Shown here: positions 37,718-47,982 of the stretch, in pieces
Position numbering within the stretch: the stretch's first letter is position 1
How the letters are laid out: each line of letters opens with the position of its first letter
Assembly (NCBI GenBank): GCA_034722035.1
Contig: JAYENK010000029.1
Location: 5,739-69,738 of the forward strand
DNA from: Patescibacteria group bacterium
GTDB taxonomy: Bacteria > Patescibacteriota > Patescibacteriia > Patescibacteriales > UBA12075
Direction: 5' to 3'
DNA: 64,000 bases
Translations under genes and position numbers: made by a program
Notes under the pieces: generated by a model
Databases searched by the model: none
Told to the model about the DNA's origin: nothing
The model's input: the letters and a program-made list of their open reading frames with translations, nothing else

Positions 37718-40700
37718 ATGATAAAGATTGCAGCACGAAAATTTTTTAATAATAATAGATCGGCGATGCCCATGCCTGATTTAACTGAAATTCAAAAAAA
37801 TTCTTACGATTGGTTTTTACGTGAAGGTCTTAAGGATCTTTTTGATGAAATTTCTCCCATTACTGATTTTATTGGTCGGAATTTGGAGCTTAATTTTTTA
37901 GAGTATTTTTTAGATGAACCTAAATTTAATGAAAGTGAAAGTCGGGCAAAAAATGTCACTTACGAAGTGCCTTTGCGTGTTAAAATTCAGTTGGCGAATA
38001 AACGCACCGGGCAAAAAAATGAGCAAGAAGTATTTTTGGGCGATTTCCCTTTAATGACAGATAATGGCACTTTTATTGTTAATGGTATTGAGCGTGTGGT
38101 TGTATCGCAGTTAATTCGTAGCTCCGGTGTTATTTTTACTTCGGAAATGAATAAAAATATAAAGACTTATGGCGCAAAAATAATTCCAAATCGTGGTGCT
38201 TGGCTCGAAATTGAGACTGACGCGAATAAGGTGCTATGGGTAAGGATTGATCGGAAAAGAAAGGTGGCGGTTACTTCATTGCTTCGGGCTTTTGGCATTA
38301 GCAGTGATGAAGAAATTATTGATTTGTTTAAAGAAGCGGATATGGTTAACAATGAATCAGCCGGTTATATTGAGGCTACAATTAATAAGGATTTGGCTAA
38401 AAATGAGGCTGAAGGATTAAAAGAAGTGTACAAAAGAATTCGTCCTGGGGATTTAGCCACGACTGATAACGCCAGGCAGTTGATTCATTCGATGTTTTTT
38501 CGTTTTGATCGTTATGATTTTGATCGGGTCGGACGCTATAAATTAAATCGTCGTTTTAATCTCGATATTCCCAACAACAAAGAAACCAGAATACTTCGGC
38601 GAGAAGATTTGATCGAAATAATTAGAGAAGTAATTCGTTTGAATATTAGCAAGGAGCAAGAGGACGACATCGATCATTTGGGGAATAGGCGCGTACGTGC
38701 AATTGGCGAACTTATTCAAAATAAATTTCGCGTAGGACTAGCTCGGATGGAACGTATTATTAAAGACAGGATGAGTACAGCTGACATTAATATAATTACT
38801 CCGAATAAATTAATTAACGCCAGACCGGTTATTTCGATTGTAAAGGAATTTTTTATGTCATCACAGTTGTCTCAATTTATGGACCAAACCAACCCTTTAG
38901 CTGAACTCGAGCACAAACGTCGTTTGTCTGCCATGGGTCCGGGAGGGTTAACCAGAGAACGGGCCGGTTTTGATGTGCGTGATGTGCACACTACTCATTA
39001 TGGACGTATTTGTCCGATTGCAACTCCGGAAGGGCCGAATATCGGTCTTGTGGGGCATTTGGCCTCTTTTGCCAAATTAAATAATTATGGTTTTTTGGAG
39101 GCGCCCTATTATCGCGTTTTGCACGATGTTCAAAACGAAGAAGATATTTTACTTGATAAGATTGTCCGAGAGGATATTTGTGAAATTAAAGACTCCGGTA
39201 AAGAAGGAAAAATTATTGTTAAGGCTGGTGAGCGAATAACAGAAAAAACAGCAAAAAAAATAAAAAAATCAGTTTCGGCTGATAAGCTAATTCCGATTAA
39301 GCCAATAATGACCGATGAAATTGTATATTTGGACGCATTCAATGAAGAAAAATATATTACCGCAGCCGCAACCACTCCGATTGATGAGGACGGCTATTTT
39401 TTAATTGATAAATGTGAGGTAAGAAAATATGGCAACCCGGGGACAGCCGAAGTTAGTACAATTGATTTTATCAGTGTCGCGGCAAATCAGATTATTTCAA
39501 TCGCAACTTCGTTAATTCCTTTTATGGAGCACGATGACGGACAAAGAGCTCTGATGGGAACAAACATGCAACGACAGGCCGTGCCGTTGATATCGGCTGA
39601 AGCTCCAATAGTCGGAACTGGTGTTGAAGCTAGAGCCGCACTTGATTCCGGGCATGTAGTTATTGCATCGGAAGACGGAGAAATCGCAAAAGTGGATTCG
39701 GCAAATATTGAATTTAAGACAAAAAAGGGTAAAACAATTAATTACTCTCTTACTAAATTTTTAAGATCTAATGCCTCGACTTGTATCAATCAGCGTCCCT
39801 TGGTTAATGTTGGGCAGAAAATAAAGAAAGGAGACGTTTTGACCGACGGTCCTTCAATTGATAAAGGTGAATTGGCGCTTGGTAAAAATGTCTTAGTTGC
39901 CTTTATGTCGTGGGAAGGCTTTAATTATGAAGACGCGGTGATTGTTTCGGAAAGATTAGTCAGAGAGGATGTTTATTCATCAATTCATATTGAAAATTAC
40001 AAAATTGATGTGCGTGATACAAAATTGGGCGCAGAACTTATTACCGGTGATATTCCAAATATTGGTGAAGAAAAATTAAAAGATTTGGATGAAAAAGGAA
40101 TTATTCGTATTGGCGCCGAAGTTTCATCCGGAGATATTTTGGTTGGTAAAATTACACCTAAAGGTGAAACCGAATTATCGGCTGAAGAAAAGTTGCTTAG
40201 AGCAATTTTTGGTGAAAAAGCCAAGGATGTGCGCGACTCATCTTTGTATTTAGAGCATGGTGAACATGGTAAGGTGGTTGATGTGAAGATATTTTCTCGT
40301 GAAGACGGGGATAAGTTATCAGCCGGAGTACTACAATCAATTCAAGTGACAGTAGCCAATTTACGTAAGATTCAAGCCGGAGATAAAATGGCCGGACGTC
40401 ATGGAAATAAGGGGGTTATTTCTAAAATTGTACCGACCGAAGATATGCCGTATATGGAGGACGGAACGCCGATTGATATTATTTTGTCCCCCTTAGGCGT
40501 TATTTCCCGTATGAATCTTGGACAAACCCTGGAAACCCACCTTGGTTTTGCCGCTAAAAAACTAGGCTATACCGTAGCAACTCCGCCCCTTAACGGGTTA
40601 AGCGAAAAACAGATTAAAGGAGAATTGGAAAAAGCCGGTTTACCGACTGATGGCAAAATAACTCTTTATGATGGCAAAACCGGGACCGCTTTTGACAACA

Positions 40701-41092
40701 AGATAACAGTGGGGCATAAATATATGCTTAAGCTTAATCATATGGTGGAGGATAAGATTCATCAACGTTCAATTGGGCCATACTCTTTGATTACACAGCA
40801 ACCGCTTGGCGGTAAAGCTCAATTCGGTGGACAGCGTTTTGGTGAAATGGAAGTTTGGGCTTTAGAGGCTTATGGCGCGGCTCACACTTTGCAGGAAATA
40901 TTAACAATCAAATCGGATGATGTTCCGGGACGTTCTAAAGCTTATGAATCAATTATTAAAGGTGAAACAATTAAAAAGCAGAATTTACCGGAAGCTTTTA
41001 ATGTTTTGGTTCGTGAACTTAAGGGGCTTTGTTTAGATGTGGATCTTCTTGGTGGAAAAAAAGATAGCGACAAAAAAGAAGATAAAAAATAA
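37718..41092 (+). CDS. rpoB: RNA polymerase beta subunit
   Basis: SQLSQFMDQ, RDVHTTHYGR, TPEGPNIG, GDKMAGRHGNKG, GGQRFGEME. Confidence 0.99.
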   Translation: MIKIAARKFFNNNRSAMPMPDLTEIQKNSYDWFLREGLKDLFDEISPITDFIGRNLELNFLEYFLDEPKFNESESRAKNVTYEVPLRVKIQLANKRTGQKNEQEVFLGDFPLMTDNGTFIVNGIERVVVSQLIRSSGVIFTSEMNKNIKTYGAKIIPNRGAWLEIETDANKVLWVRIDRKRKVAVTSLLRAFGISSDEEIIDLFKEADMVNNESAGYIEATINKDLAKNEAEGLKEVYKRIRPGDLATTDNARQLIHSMFFRFDRYDFDRVGRYKLNRRFNLDIPNNKETRILRREDLIEIIREVIRLNISKEQEDDIDHLGNRRVRAIGELIQNKFRVGLARMERIIKDRMSTADINIITPNKLINARPVISIVKEFFMSSQLSQFMDQTNPLAELEHKRRLSAMGPGGLTRERAGFDVRDVHTTHYGRICPIATPEGPNIGLVGHLASFAKLNNYGFLEAPYYRVLHDVQNEEDILLDKIVREDICEIKDSGKEGKIIVKAGERITEKTAKKIKKSVSADKLIPIKPIMTDEIVYLDAFNEEKYITAAATTPIDEDGYFLIDKCEVRKYGNPGTAEVSTIDFISVAANQIISIATSLIPFMEHDDGQRALMGTNMQRQAVPLISAEAPIVGTGVEARAALDSGHVVIASEDGEIAKVDSANIEFKTKKGKTINYSLTKFLRSNASTCINQRPLVNVGQKIKKGDVLTDGPSIDKGELALGKNVLVAFMSWEGFNYEDAVIVSERLVREDVYSSIHIENYKIDVRDTKLGAELITGDIPNIGEEKLKDLDEKGIIRIGAEVSSGDILVGKITPKGETELSAEEKLLRAIFGEKAKDVRDSSLYLEHGEHGKVVDVKIFSREDGDKLSAGVLQSIQVTVANLRKIQAGDKMAGRHGNKGVISKIVPTEDMPYMEDGTPIDIILSPLGVISRMNLGQTLETHLGFAAKKLGYTVATPPLNGLSEKQIKGELEKAGLPTDGKITLYDGKTGTAFDNKITVGHKYMLKLNHMVEDKIHQRSIGPYSLITQQPLGGKAQFGGQRFGEMEVWALEAYGAAHTLQEILTIKSDDVPGRSKAYESIIKGETIKKQNLPEAFNVLVRELKGLCLDVDLLGGKKDSDKKEDKK

Positions 41093-41119
41093 AATTAATT
41101 AATATATAAATTAAATATT

Positions 41120-44100
41120 ATGTTAAATCCGATAAAAACTACTGATTTTGACGCCATTAAACTCAAATTAGCGTCTCCCGATGTTATTTTGAATTGGTCT
41201 AACGGCGAAGTTATTCGACCGGAAACAATTAATTATCGTACGCAAAAACCGGAAAAAGACGGCTTGTTTTGTGAAAAGATTTTTGGCCCATCCAAGGATT
41301 GGGAATGTTATTGTGGAAAATACAAAAAAATTCGTTATAAAGGGATTGTTTGCGATAAATGCGGCGTGGAAGTGACACGCAGCATTGTTCGGCGCGAGCG
41401 TATGGGGCATATATCTCTAAAAACTCCTTGTACTCACATTTGGTTTTTACGCGGTTTATCATCAAAAATAGGTTTGCTTCTGGACCTATCGATGCAAGCT
41501 ATGGAAAAAGTGGTATATTTTGCCAATTTTATTATTATTGATGTTAACGAAGATTTAAAAAGCGCTACAATTGATCAGATTAAAAATGAGTTTGAGCAAA
41601 AAAAGAAATCGATTGGAAATGATTTTAATAAGCAAATTACCGGGATTAAAAACCGAAAAGGAAAATTAATGGAAGAAGGAAAGGATCGTGCGGAGGCTGA
41701 CGAAGAAATCGGTAATGGAATTGATGCTTTGGCCTCGCTTAAAGAAGAAAAATTGAAAAATCTTCAAAAGGCTTTTGAGCAAGCGCAAAAAGAACTAAGA
41801 GATTTAAAGCCGCTTTTGATTATTTCAGAAAGTGTTTATCGGAATTTGAGTCTTAAATATGGACATATTTTTGAAGCCGGTATTGGGGCTGAGGCAATTC
41901 GGAAACTACTTGAAAGAATTGATTTGAAAAAAACAATTACCAGTTTTGAGAATGAACTTAAAGACGCAATTGAATCGAAAAAAGACAAACTGACTCGTCG
42001 TTTAAAGCTTTATAAAAGCTTAGAAGCAAATAATTTAAAACCGGAATGGATGATTTTGACTGAAGTGCCGATTATTCCCCCGGATTTGCGTCCGATGGTT
42101 GCTTTGGATGGGGGTAGATTTGCCACTTCAGATTTAAATGATTTGTATCGAAGGGTTATTAATCGTAATAATCGTTTAAAACAATTGATCGATCTTAACG
42201 CGCCGGAGGTTATTTGCCGCAACGAAAAACGTATGTTGCAAGAAGCGGTTGATGCTTTGATCGATAATTCAGCTCGGCACGGTAAAACCGTAATTGCCAG
42301 CACAGGACAAAAACGTATGCTCAAGTCTTTGGCTGATTCGCTTAAAGGGAAGCAGGGGCGTTTTCGTCAAAATTTGCTTGGTAAAAGAATCGATTATTCC
42401 GGACGAAGTGTGATTGTGGTAAATCCAAAGCTCAACCTTGATCAGTGCGGACTTCCAAAAATTATGGCTTTGGAATTGTTTAAACCGTATATTATAAATA
42501 AGTTAATTGAAAAAGAAATAGTGCATAATGTCCGTTCTGCTTCTCGTTTTATTGATTCCGGTGAAGAGAAGATTTGGGATATTTTAGAAGATATTATAAA
42601 GGAGTCTTATGTAATGCTTAATCGCGCTCCGACTTTGCATCGACTCGGTATTCAGGCTTTTAAACCGATATTAATTGAAGGTAAGGCTTTGCAGATTCAT
42701 CCGCTTGTGTGTACCGCATTTAATGCTGATTTTGATGGAGATCAAATGGCGGTTCATGTTCCTTTGACAAAGGAGGCTATTAAAGAGGCGAGTGAATTAA
42801 TGCTTTCGTCCAAAAATTTGCTTAAACCTGCTACCGGAGATCCGGTTGTAGCACCAAATCAGGATATTGTTTGGGGCACTTTTTATATTACCAGCATATG
42901 GGATGAAGACAAAGATAAAAAAGAAATAAAAAGTTTTTCTGACGAAACCGAGGCAAAGTTAGCCTATGAGCTTAAAAAAATTGATTTACATGAATTAATC
43001 CAAGTTCGTTTGGATGAGAAGGATATAATAAAAACTTCAGTTGGACGAATTATTTTTAATGAGATTTTGCCGGAAAAATTGCGTTTTGTGAATGAGGTTG
43101 TTGGCAAGGGGGGGCTAAAAAACCTGGTAAAAGATTGTTTCAGGCACTATGGTCCGGACAAAACTGTTCATTTTTTGGATGATCTAAAACTTAAAGCTTT
43201 TAGTTTTATTACAAAAAGCGGACTTTCTTGGGGGATGAACGATTTATCAAATTTTTCTGAGAAGGATGAGTTGATTGCCAAAGCTCAAGAAACAGTTGAG
43301 GGTATTCAATCTCAATACGAGGAAGGTCTTTTGACTGATTCGGAGCGTTATGCCAAAGTTATTGAGGTTTGGAGCGGAGTGAAAGAGAAAGTGACTGATA
43401 TTTGCAAAGACGGGCTTGATCGAAGCGGACCGATTTATTCTATGATTGAATCCGGCGCGCGTGGTTCTTGGGCGCAGTTAACGCAAATACTCGGGATGAA
43501 GGGACTCGTAACTTCTCCGTCCGGTGATATTATTGAACTTCCGGTAAAGGGAAATTTTAAAAATGGTTTTGGCGCTCTTGAATATTTTATTTCGACTCAT
43601 GGTGTGCGCAAAGGTTTATCTGATACCGCCCTTCGTACTGCAAGCGCCGGATATTTGACTCGCCGCTTGGTTGATGTATCGCAAGATGTAATTGTGGCAG
43701 ACAATGATTGCGGTGACTCGGACGGTTTTACTATCAGCGAGGAAGAAAGCAAAGTTATGGGAACTACACTTGCAGAGAGAATCGTCGGACGCTACGCCGC
43801 TAAAGATATTATAAACACAAAAGGTAAAGTTTTGATAAAAGCGGGAGACTTAATTGATGATGAGGTATTTGATAAAATTGAAAAAGAAGAAATTAAAGAA
43901 GCAACAATTAGATCGGTTTTATCTTGTAAGCTGCATCGCGGTGTTTGTGTAAAATGTTATGGCTGGGATCTGGGACATCATCGTGATGTTTCTTTGGGGA
44001 CCGCTGTTGGCACAATTGCCGCTCAATCGATTGGTGAGCCGGGAACACAGCTTACTATGAGAACATTTCATACCGGTGGTGTTGCCGGTAGCAATGATAT

Positions 44101-45079
44101 TACTCAAGGGCTGCCGCGAGTTGAAGAGATTTTTGAAGCTCGCTCGCCTAAGCGCAAGGCTATTATTGCCAATAAATCCGGTACTCTAAAAATAGAAGAA
44201 GCCGAGCGGACTATTGAGGATGAAAAAGGCAAAATTACCGTGTCAAATCCACAAGAGAAAATTTTGAAAATAAAATATTTAGGTGAAGCGGCCAAGTCTT
44301 ATTATTTAGCTGAAATTATTAAAGAGTTTAACGCGGAAAACAAGAAAAATAAAATAAGCAAAAAAGATTTAAAGATTTTGGTTAAAGACGGAGACACGAT
44401 TAAATTGCACGCATCGATTGTGGCGATTGGAAGCAAGAAAATTAAGTCTGATATATCCGGGGTGGTGGATTTGAGTGATAAGCGAATTAAGATAAAAGGA
44501 GAAGAAAAAAAGGTAAAAGAATATATCGTCGCCAAGGGGATGTCAATATTGTTTAATAATGGAGATAAAATTAAAAAAGGCGATCAATTGACTGATGGTA
44601 GTGTTGATTTACAGCAATTATTTAAGCTACGCGATAGATTGCAGGCGCAAAAATATATTATTAAAGAAATTCAAAGTGTATATTCTTCGCAAGGGCAGCC
44701 GCTAAACGATAAACATATCGAAATTATCGCAAAACAGATGTTTTCTCGTTTTCTTATTACGGTTTCCGGCGATACTGAGCTTTTGCCGGGCGAAATAGTG
44801 GAAAGCGCTATGTTTAACCGAGCCAATAAAAAGGCGATAGAAGCAGGTAAAGAACCGGCTAAGGCTGATTGTTTACTCCTTGGCATTACCAAGGCATCCC
44901 TTACGACTGATAGTTTTTTATCATCGGCTTCTTTTCAGGAAACGGCTCGGGTATTAATTGACGCGGCTGTTGGCGGTAAGATTGATTATTTGGAAGGACT
45001 TAAGGAGAATGTTATTATCGGTCGTTTAATCCCTGCCGGAACAGGATTTAAGGGGAAGCAAGAGAGAGCGGAATATTAA
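41120..45079 (+). CDS. rpoC: RNA polymerase beta' subunit
   Basis: Zinc finger CYCGKY...CDKC, NADFDGDQM, GEPGTQLTMRTFH, SASFQET, GLKENV. Confidence 0.99.
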   Translation: MLNPIKTTDFDAIKLKLASPDVILNWSNGEVIRPETINYRTQKPEKDGLFCEKIFGPSKDWECYCGKYKKIRYKGIVCDKCGVEVTRSIVRRERMGHISLKTPCTHIWFLRGLSSKIGLLLDLSMQAMEKVVYFANFIIIDVNEDLKSATIDQIKNEFEQKKKSIGNDFNKQITGIKNRKGKLMEEGKDRAEADEEIGNGIDALASLKEEKLKNLQKAFEQAQKELRDLKPLLIISESVYRNLSLKYGHIFEAGIGAEAIRKLLERIDLKKTITSFENELKDAIESKKDKLTRRLKLYKSLEANNLKPEWMILTEVPIIPPDLRPMVALDGGRFATSDLNDLYRRVINRNNRLKQLIDLNAPEVICRNEKRMLQEAVDALIDNSARHGKTVIASTGQKRMLKSLADSLKGKQGRFRQNLLGKRIDYSGRSVIVVNPKLNLDQCGLPKIMALELFKPYIINKLIEKEIVHNVRSASRFIDSGEEKIWDILEDIIKESYVMLNRAPTLHRLGIQAFKPILIEGKALQIHPLVCTAFNADFDGDQMAVHVPLTKEAIKEASELMLSSKNLLKPATGDPVVAPNQDIVWGTFYITSIWDEDKDKKEIKSFSDETEAKLAYELKKIDLHELIQVRLDEKDIIKTSVGRIIFNEILPEKLRFVNEVVGKGGLKNLVKDCFRHYGPDKTVHFLDDLKLKAFSFITKSGLSWGMNDLSNFSEKDELIAKAQETVEGIQSQYEEGLLTDSERYAKVIEVWSGVKEKVTDICKDGLDRSGPIYSMIESGARGSWAQLTQILGMKGLVTSPSGDIIELPVKGNFKNGFGALEYFISTHGVRKGLSDTALRTASAGYLTRRLVDVSQDVIVADNDCGDSDGFTISEEESKVMGTTLAERIVGRYAAKDIINTKGKVLIKAGDLIDDEVFDKIEKEEIKEATIRSVLSCKLHRGVCVKCYGWDLGHHRDVSLGTAVGTIAAQSIGEPGTQLTMRTFHTGGVAGSNDITQGLPRVEEIFEARSPKRKAIIANKSGTLKIEEAERTIEDEKGKITVSNPQEKILKIKYLGEAAKSYYLAEIIKEFNAENKKNKISKKDLKILVKDGDTIKLHASIVAIGSKKIKSDISGVVDLSDKRIKIKGEEKKVKEYIVAKGMSILFNNGDKIKKGDQLTDGSVDLQQLFKLRDRLQAQKYIIKEIQSVYSSQGQPLNDKHIEIIAKQMFSRFLITVSGDTELLPGEIVESAMFNRANKKAIEAGKEPAKADCLLLGITKASLTTDSFLSSASFQETARVLIDAAVGGKIDYLEGLKENVIIGRLIPAGTGFKGKQERAEY

Positions 45080-45100
45080 TTTATAAGCCGTTTATATAAT

Positions 45101-45132
45101 AAAAAAACCGACGCGTTTGCGTGGGTTTTTTT
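45101..45132. terminator. Bidirectional terminator between rpoC and porB
   Basis: A7-CCGACGC...GCGTGGG-T7 between convergent genes. Confidence 0.7.
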
Positions 45133-45142
45133 ATTAAAATAT

Positions 45143-46087
45143 TTATAATCCGTATTTTCTTATATTTTCATCAGCTAATTTTTGAATTAGTTTAAGCTGT
45201 TCTTTGCCTTGCGGAGTTTTGAAGAGATGGGCGAAACGACCTTGCAGCTCCAAGTATTTTTTTATACCTATTTTTGGCTTGGGCGTTTTTAAAACATTCG
45301 TTAGTTCGCCATTTTCAAATTCCAAGACCGGATATAGGCCGGTTTGGGCAGCCAATCTACCAAGCGTCAGGGTTTGGTCCGGTTTGACGCGCCAACCCGG
45401 AATGCATGGTGTCATTATTTGAATATAGGCAGGGCCTGGAGTGGCGGCCGCTTTTACTGCTTTTTGTTTGATATCTTCCAAGTACCCAATAGTAGTTTGA
45501 GCGACATAATTAAGACCGTGTGCCAAGGCAATTTTAATCATATCTTTTTTGCGTTGATGTGAGCCGATTGCGTCAATTTCTTTGCCGCTACCGGACGGGG
45601 TAGTGGTTGTGCTTGAGCCCCATGGAGTAGCACCGGAAGCTTGCATGCCGGTATTGGAATAAGCTTCGTTGTCATAGCAAACATAAAGAATGTCTTCCTC
45701 TCGTTCCCACATACCGCTAATTAAGCCAAAACCGATGTCAAAAGTACTCCCGTCCCCGCCTTGCGCGAGAACTTTGACTTTTTTATTTAGCTTTTGCTGT
45801 TTGAGCGCGGCTTCGACGCCGGAGGCAACGCCGGCTGCGTTTTCAAAAAGAGAATGAATCCAAGGCACGCGCCAGGATGATTCGGGATAAGGAGAGGTGG
45901 TCACTTCCAGGCAGCCGGTATTATTGGCAATGATTGTTTCCGGTCCGAGCGCGTCAATTACAACACGGGCGGCCAAATTTTGGCCACAGCCGGCACAGGC
46001 GCGATGCCCCGGAGCAAGCAAGTGTTTTTTTGATTTAGGTCTTGTGGCTGTTTTGGTTTTTTTAATAGTTTTCGTTTTTGTAGGCAT
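45143..46087 (-). CDS. porB: Pyruvate:ferredoxin oxidoreductase beta (TPP-binding) subunit
   Basis: GHRACAGCG, TGCLEV, GGDGSTFDIG, YDNEAYSNTG, PCIPGW. Confidence 0.93.
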   Translation of the reverse strand: MPTKTKTIKKTKTATRPKSKKHLLAPGHRACAGCGQNLAARVVIDALGPETIIANNTGCLEVTTSPYPESSWRVPWIHSLFENAAGVASGVEAALKQQKLNKKVKVLAQGGDGSTFDIGFGLISGMWEREEDILYVCYDNEAYSNTGMQASGATPWGSSTTTTPSGSGKEIDAIGSHQRKKDMIKIALAHGLNYVAQTTIGYLEDIKQKAVKAAATPGPAYIQIMTPCIPGWRVKPDQTLTLGRLAAQTGLYPVLEFENGELTNVLKTPKPKIGIKKYLELQGRFAHLFKTPQGKEQLKLIQKLADENIRKYGL

Positions 46088-46110
46088 AGGTATTATTAGT
46101 TTATTATCTT

Positions 46111-46320
46111 TTAGTTAACCGGTAAAACCTGTTTCATATCTTTTAAATTTTGTATTTTATCAAATTGTCCGGTAAATTTGCTTGCGTCAAGAATTTCAAT
46201 CAATATTGGTTTGCCTGCCCGAGAAACATGGATTAAAATATTGCCCACTTCGCGTACATGGCTGATTTTACCTTTAGCCAGTTCAATGCTGACTATATTG
46301 GCTTCTGCATCAAATATCAT
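46111..46320 (-). CDS. DUF2283-like small protein (putative antitoxin partner)
   Basis: FDAEANIVSIEL...GKPILIEILDAS pattern; adjacent to a DUF4258-like gene. Confidence 0.7.
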   Translation of the reverse strand: MIFDAEANIVSIELAKGKISHVREVGNILIHVSRAGKPILIEILDASKFTGQFDKIQNLKDMKQVLPVN

Positions 46321-46329
46321 TCTTTCTTC

Positions 46330-46362
46330 AATTAAGAATTAAAAATTAAAAATTAAGAATTA
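46330..46362. repeat. Heptamer tandem repeat (AATTAAR)n, intergenic
   Basis: aattaag aattaaa aattaaa aattaag aatta. Confidence 0.85.
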
Positions 46363-46369
46363 TTTTTTA

Positions 46370-46585
46370 TTATTTTACAGGGAAAAAGGTTATTACTTTA
46401 ATTATTTTATTTTCACTACTATAAATTACATTAATGTTATTTTTGATAGCTGAAAAATATTTACCCTTTTTTTTAGTATCATCCGGATTCGCAATCGTAT
46501 CTTCAATTTGTTCCCGCGTAAAAAACACCTGATGTCTATTCAGTATTTCAAATTTTTGATCTGCGTATTTACTAAAATATATCAT
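46370..46585 (-). CDS. DUF4258-like small protein (putative toxin)
   Basis: MIYFSKYADQK...IEDTIANPD...IKVITFFP; start moved to 46585. Confidence 0.65.
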   Translation of the reverse strand: MIYFSKYADQKFEILNRHQVFFTREQIEDTIANPDDTKKKGKYFSAIKNNINVIYSSENKIIKVITFFPVK

Positions 46586-46706
46586 TTTTTTCCTTAGCAC
46601 ATTCTATGGAATGTGCTAGTATTATTAATTTGAAAACAGAAAAATATTAGTAATATTAAAATTAAGATAAAAGCATAAAATTATCAGGAAAGACCAATGA
46701 TAGTTA

Positions 46707-47402
46707 TTAGTTAGAATTATTTTCATTGCATTGTCCGTCCATTGTACATGCATCTTCTCCTTCGCCCGAAACAAGCTGGCAATGATATGTGTATCCACTT
46801 GGTAGAGCACCTTGTTTACGACATTCTTTGTGAGATATTGCTGACTCCTTTTTTTTCTTTTTGCAAGCACAAAGTAACCCTATATGATCGTTTGCGCTAC
46901 CTGGGCAGTAACTTTCATCTTTTTCATCCCATGTTATTAAATCTACTCTATTTTTCCAGTAGCACTCTGAATGATTGCTCATATCAACAACACTCGGTGT
47001 CTCCAGCTTAATCGCTGTCATCGTCAATAAATTCGGATTAACCATATATAACAAAGTATAAGACGAAAGGGCTAGAATCAAGCCGGTCAATGATGAAAAA
47101 ATCCATTGTTTAGCGTTGTCCATTTTGCTGGCGTTGCCGGCGGCCGTAATATATAATACTCCACCATACATCATTACCACCGTTGCCAAAATTCCAACGA
47201 TACCAAGGGCGTAAGTATAAATTGCATTTATTAGATTTCCGATTGAGTTGGGACCAATTTTTTTGTGACTAAATCCAATTTGATCAATAACTTGGGCGTC
47301 AAAATCTATTGCTGCCTGTACCGAGCTAATTTGTGCAAATAAAATAATGAATAAAAATAGAAAAAATAAAGGAATGATGTGTTTTGTTGTTTTTTTTGTC
47401 AT
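46707..47402 (-). CDS. VirB2/TrbC-like pilin with a Cys-rich C-terminal domain
   Basis: Signal peptide, then GIVGILATVVMMYGGVLYITAAGN...AKQWIFSSLTGLILALSSYTLLYMVNPNL, then 7 Cys. Confidence 0.8.
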   Translation of the reverse strand: MTKKTTKHIIPLFFLFLFIILFAQISSVQAAIDFDAQVIDQIGFSHKKIGPNSIGNLINAIYTYALGIVGILATVVMMYGGVLYITAAGNASKMDNAKQWIFSSLTGLILALSSYTLLYMVNPNLLTMTAIKLETPSVVDMSNHSECYWKNRVDLITWDEKDESYCPGSANDHIGLLCACKKKKKESAISHKECRKQGALPSGYTYHCQLVSGEGEDACTMDGQCNENNSN

Positions 47403-47418
47403 AAGTTATTTGATGACT

Positions 47419-47691
47419 CTATAAACAGTTATATATATCGTGTTTTCCGATTGATATAAAAGTAATCTCTCCATTGATTTGACGCTCGAATATAATTCGA
47501 TAATTTTTGTTAATTGAAATTGACCAGGCATTTTTTAACCGTCCATGTAGTTCGTGCATTCTTAATGATGAGTGAAGAGGATTGATTTTAAAGATTTTTT
47601 CTGTAGTAATTGCTTTTTTTATTATTTTTTTTGGCAATTTTTTTAATTGCTTTGCAAATTTTTTTGAATATTTTATTTTTACTACGATCAT
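47419..47691 (-). CDS. RelE/YafQ-family mRNA interferase toxin
   Basis: YSKKFAKQLKKL, HELHGRL, WSISIN, YRIIF, IGKHDIY. Confidence 0.88.
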   Translation of the reverse strand: MIVVKIKYSKKFAKQLKKLPKKIIKKAITTEKIFKINPLHSSLRMHELHGRLKNAWSISINKNYRIIFERQINGEITFISIGKHDIYNCL

Positions 47692-47921
47692 AATAGATCA
47701 GCTATTGAATTAGCCTTAATTAAAGTTCCTTTTTTATATTCTTGCCTAGCTTTTTTAATCATTTTAGCTAGACTGTCTTCAGAAATAATATTATCATCTC
47801 CGTCCATTTCAAGTAGATACTTAATATAACTGCTAATTGATTTGTATCCGCGTTTTTTTACCCTGTTTTTTATTTCTTTGATTGTTTTTCCTGGCATAGA
47901 AAGACTTAAAATTTCACGCAT
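47688..47921 (-). CDS. Ribbon-helix-helix antitoxin
   Basis: ILSLSMP...GYKSISSYIKYLL; 4-bp overlap with the toxin gene. Confidence 0.8.
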   Translation of the reverse strand: MREILSLSMPGKTIKEIKNRVKKRGYKSISSYIKYLLEMDGDDNIISEDSLAKMIKKARQEYKKGTLIKANSIADLL

Positions 47922-47943
47922 AAATTTATTTTATTTATTATTG

Positions 47944-47981
47944 TGTAATACAAGTGTATTACAAATTAATATTTTTGTCAA
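47944..47981 (-). promoter_or_regulatory. Toxin-antitoxin promoter with an overlapping operator palindrome
   Basis: Minus strand TTGACA-17 nt-TACACT; inverted repeat TGTAATACA-AG-TGTATTACA (47944-47963) covers the -10 box. Confidence 0.7.
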
Positions 47982-47982
47982 T

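Noticed and set aside
39110-39320. Extra segments in RpoB and RpoC as inteins or introns
   Set aside because: Short, in-frame and without intein C/S...HN termini; consistent with ordinary lineage-specific insertion domains.
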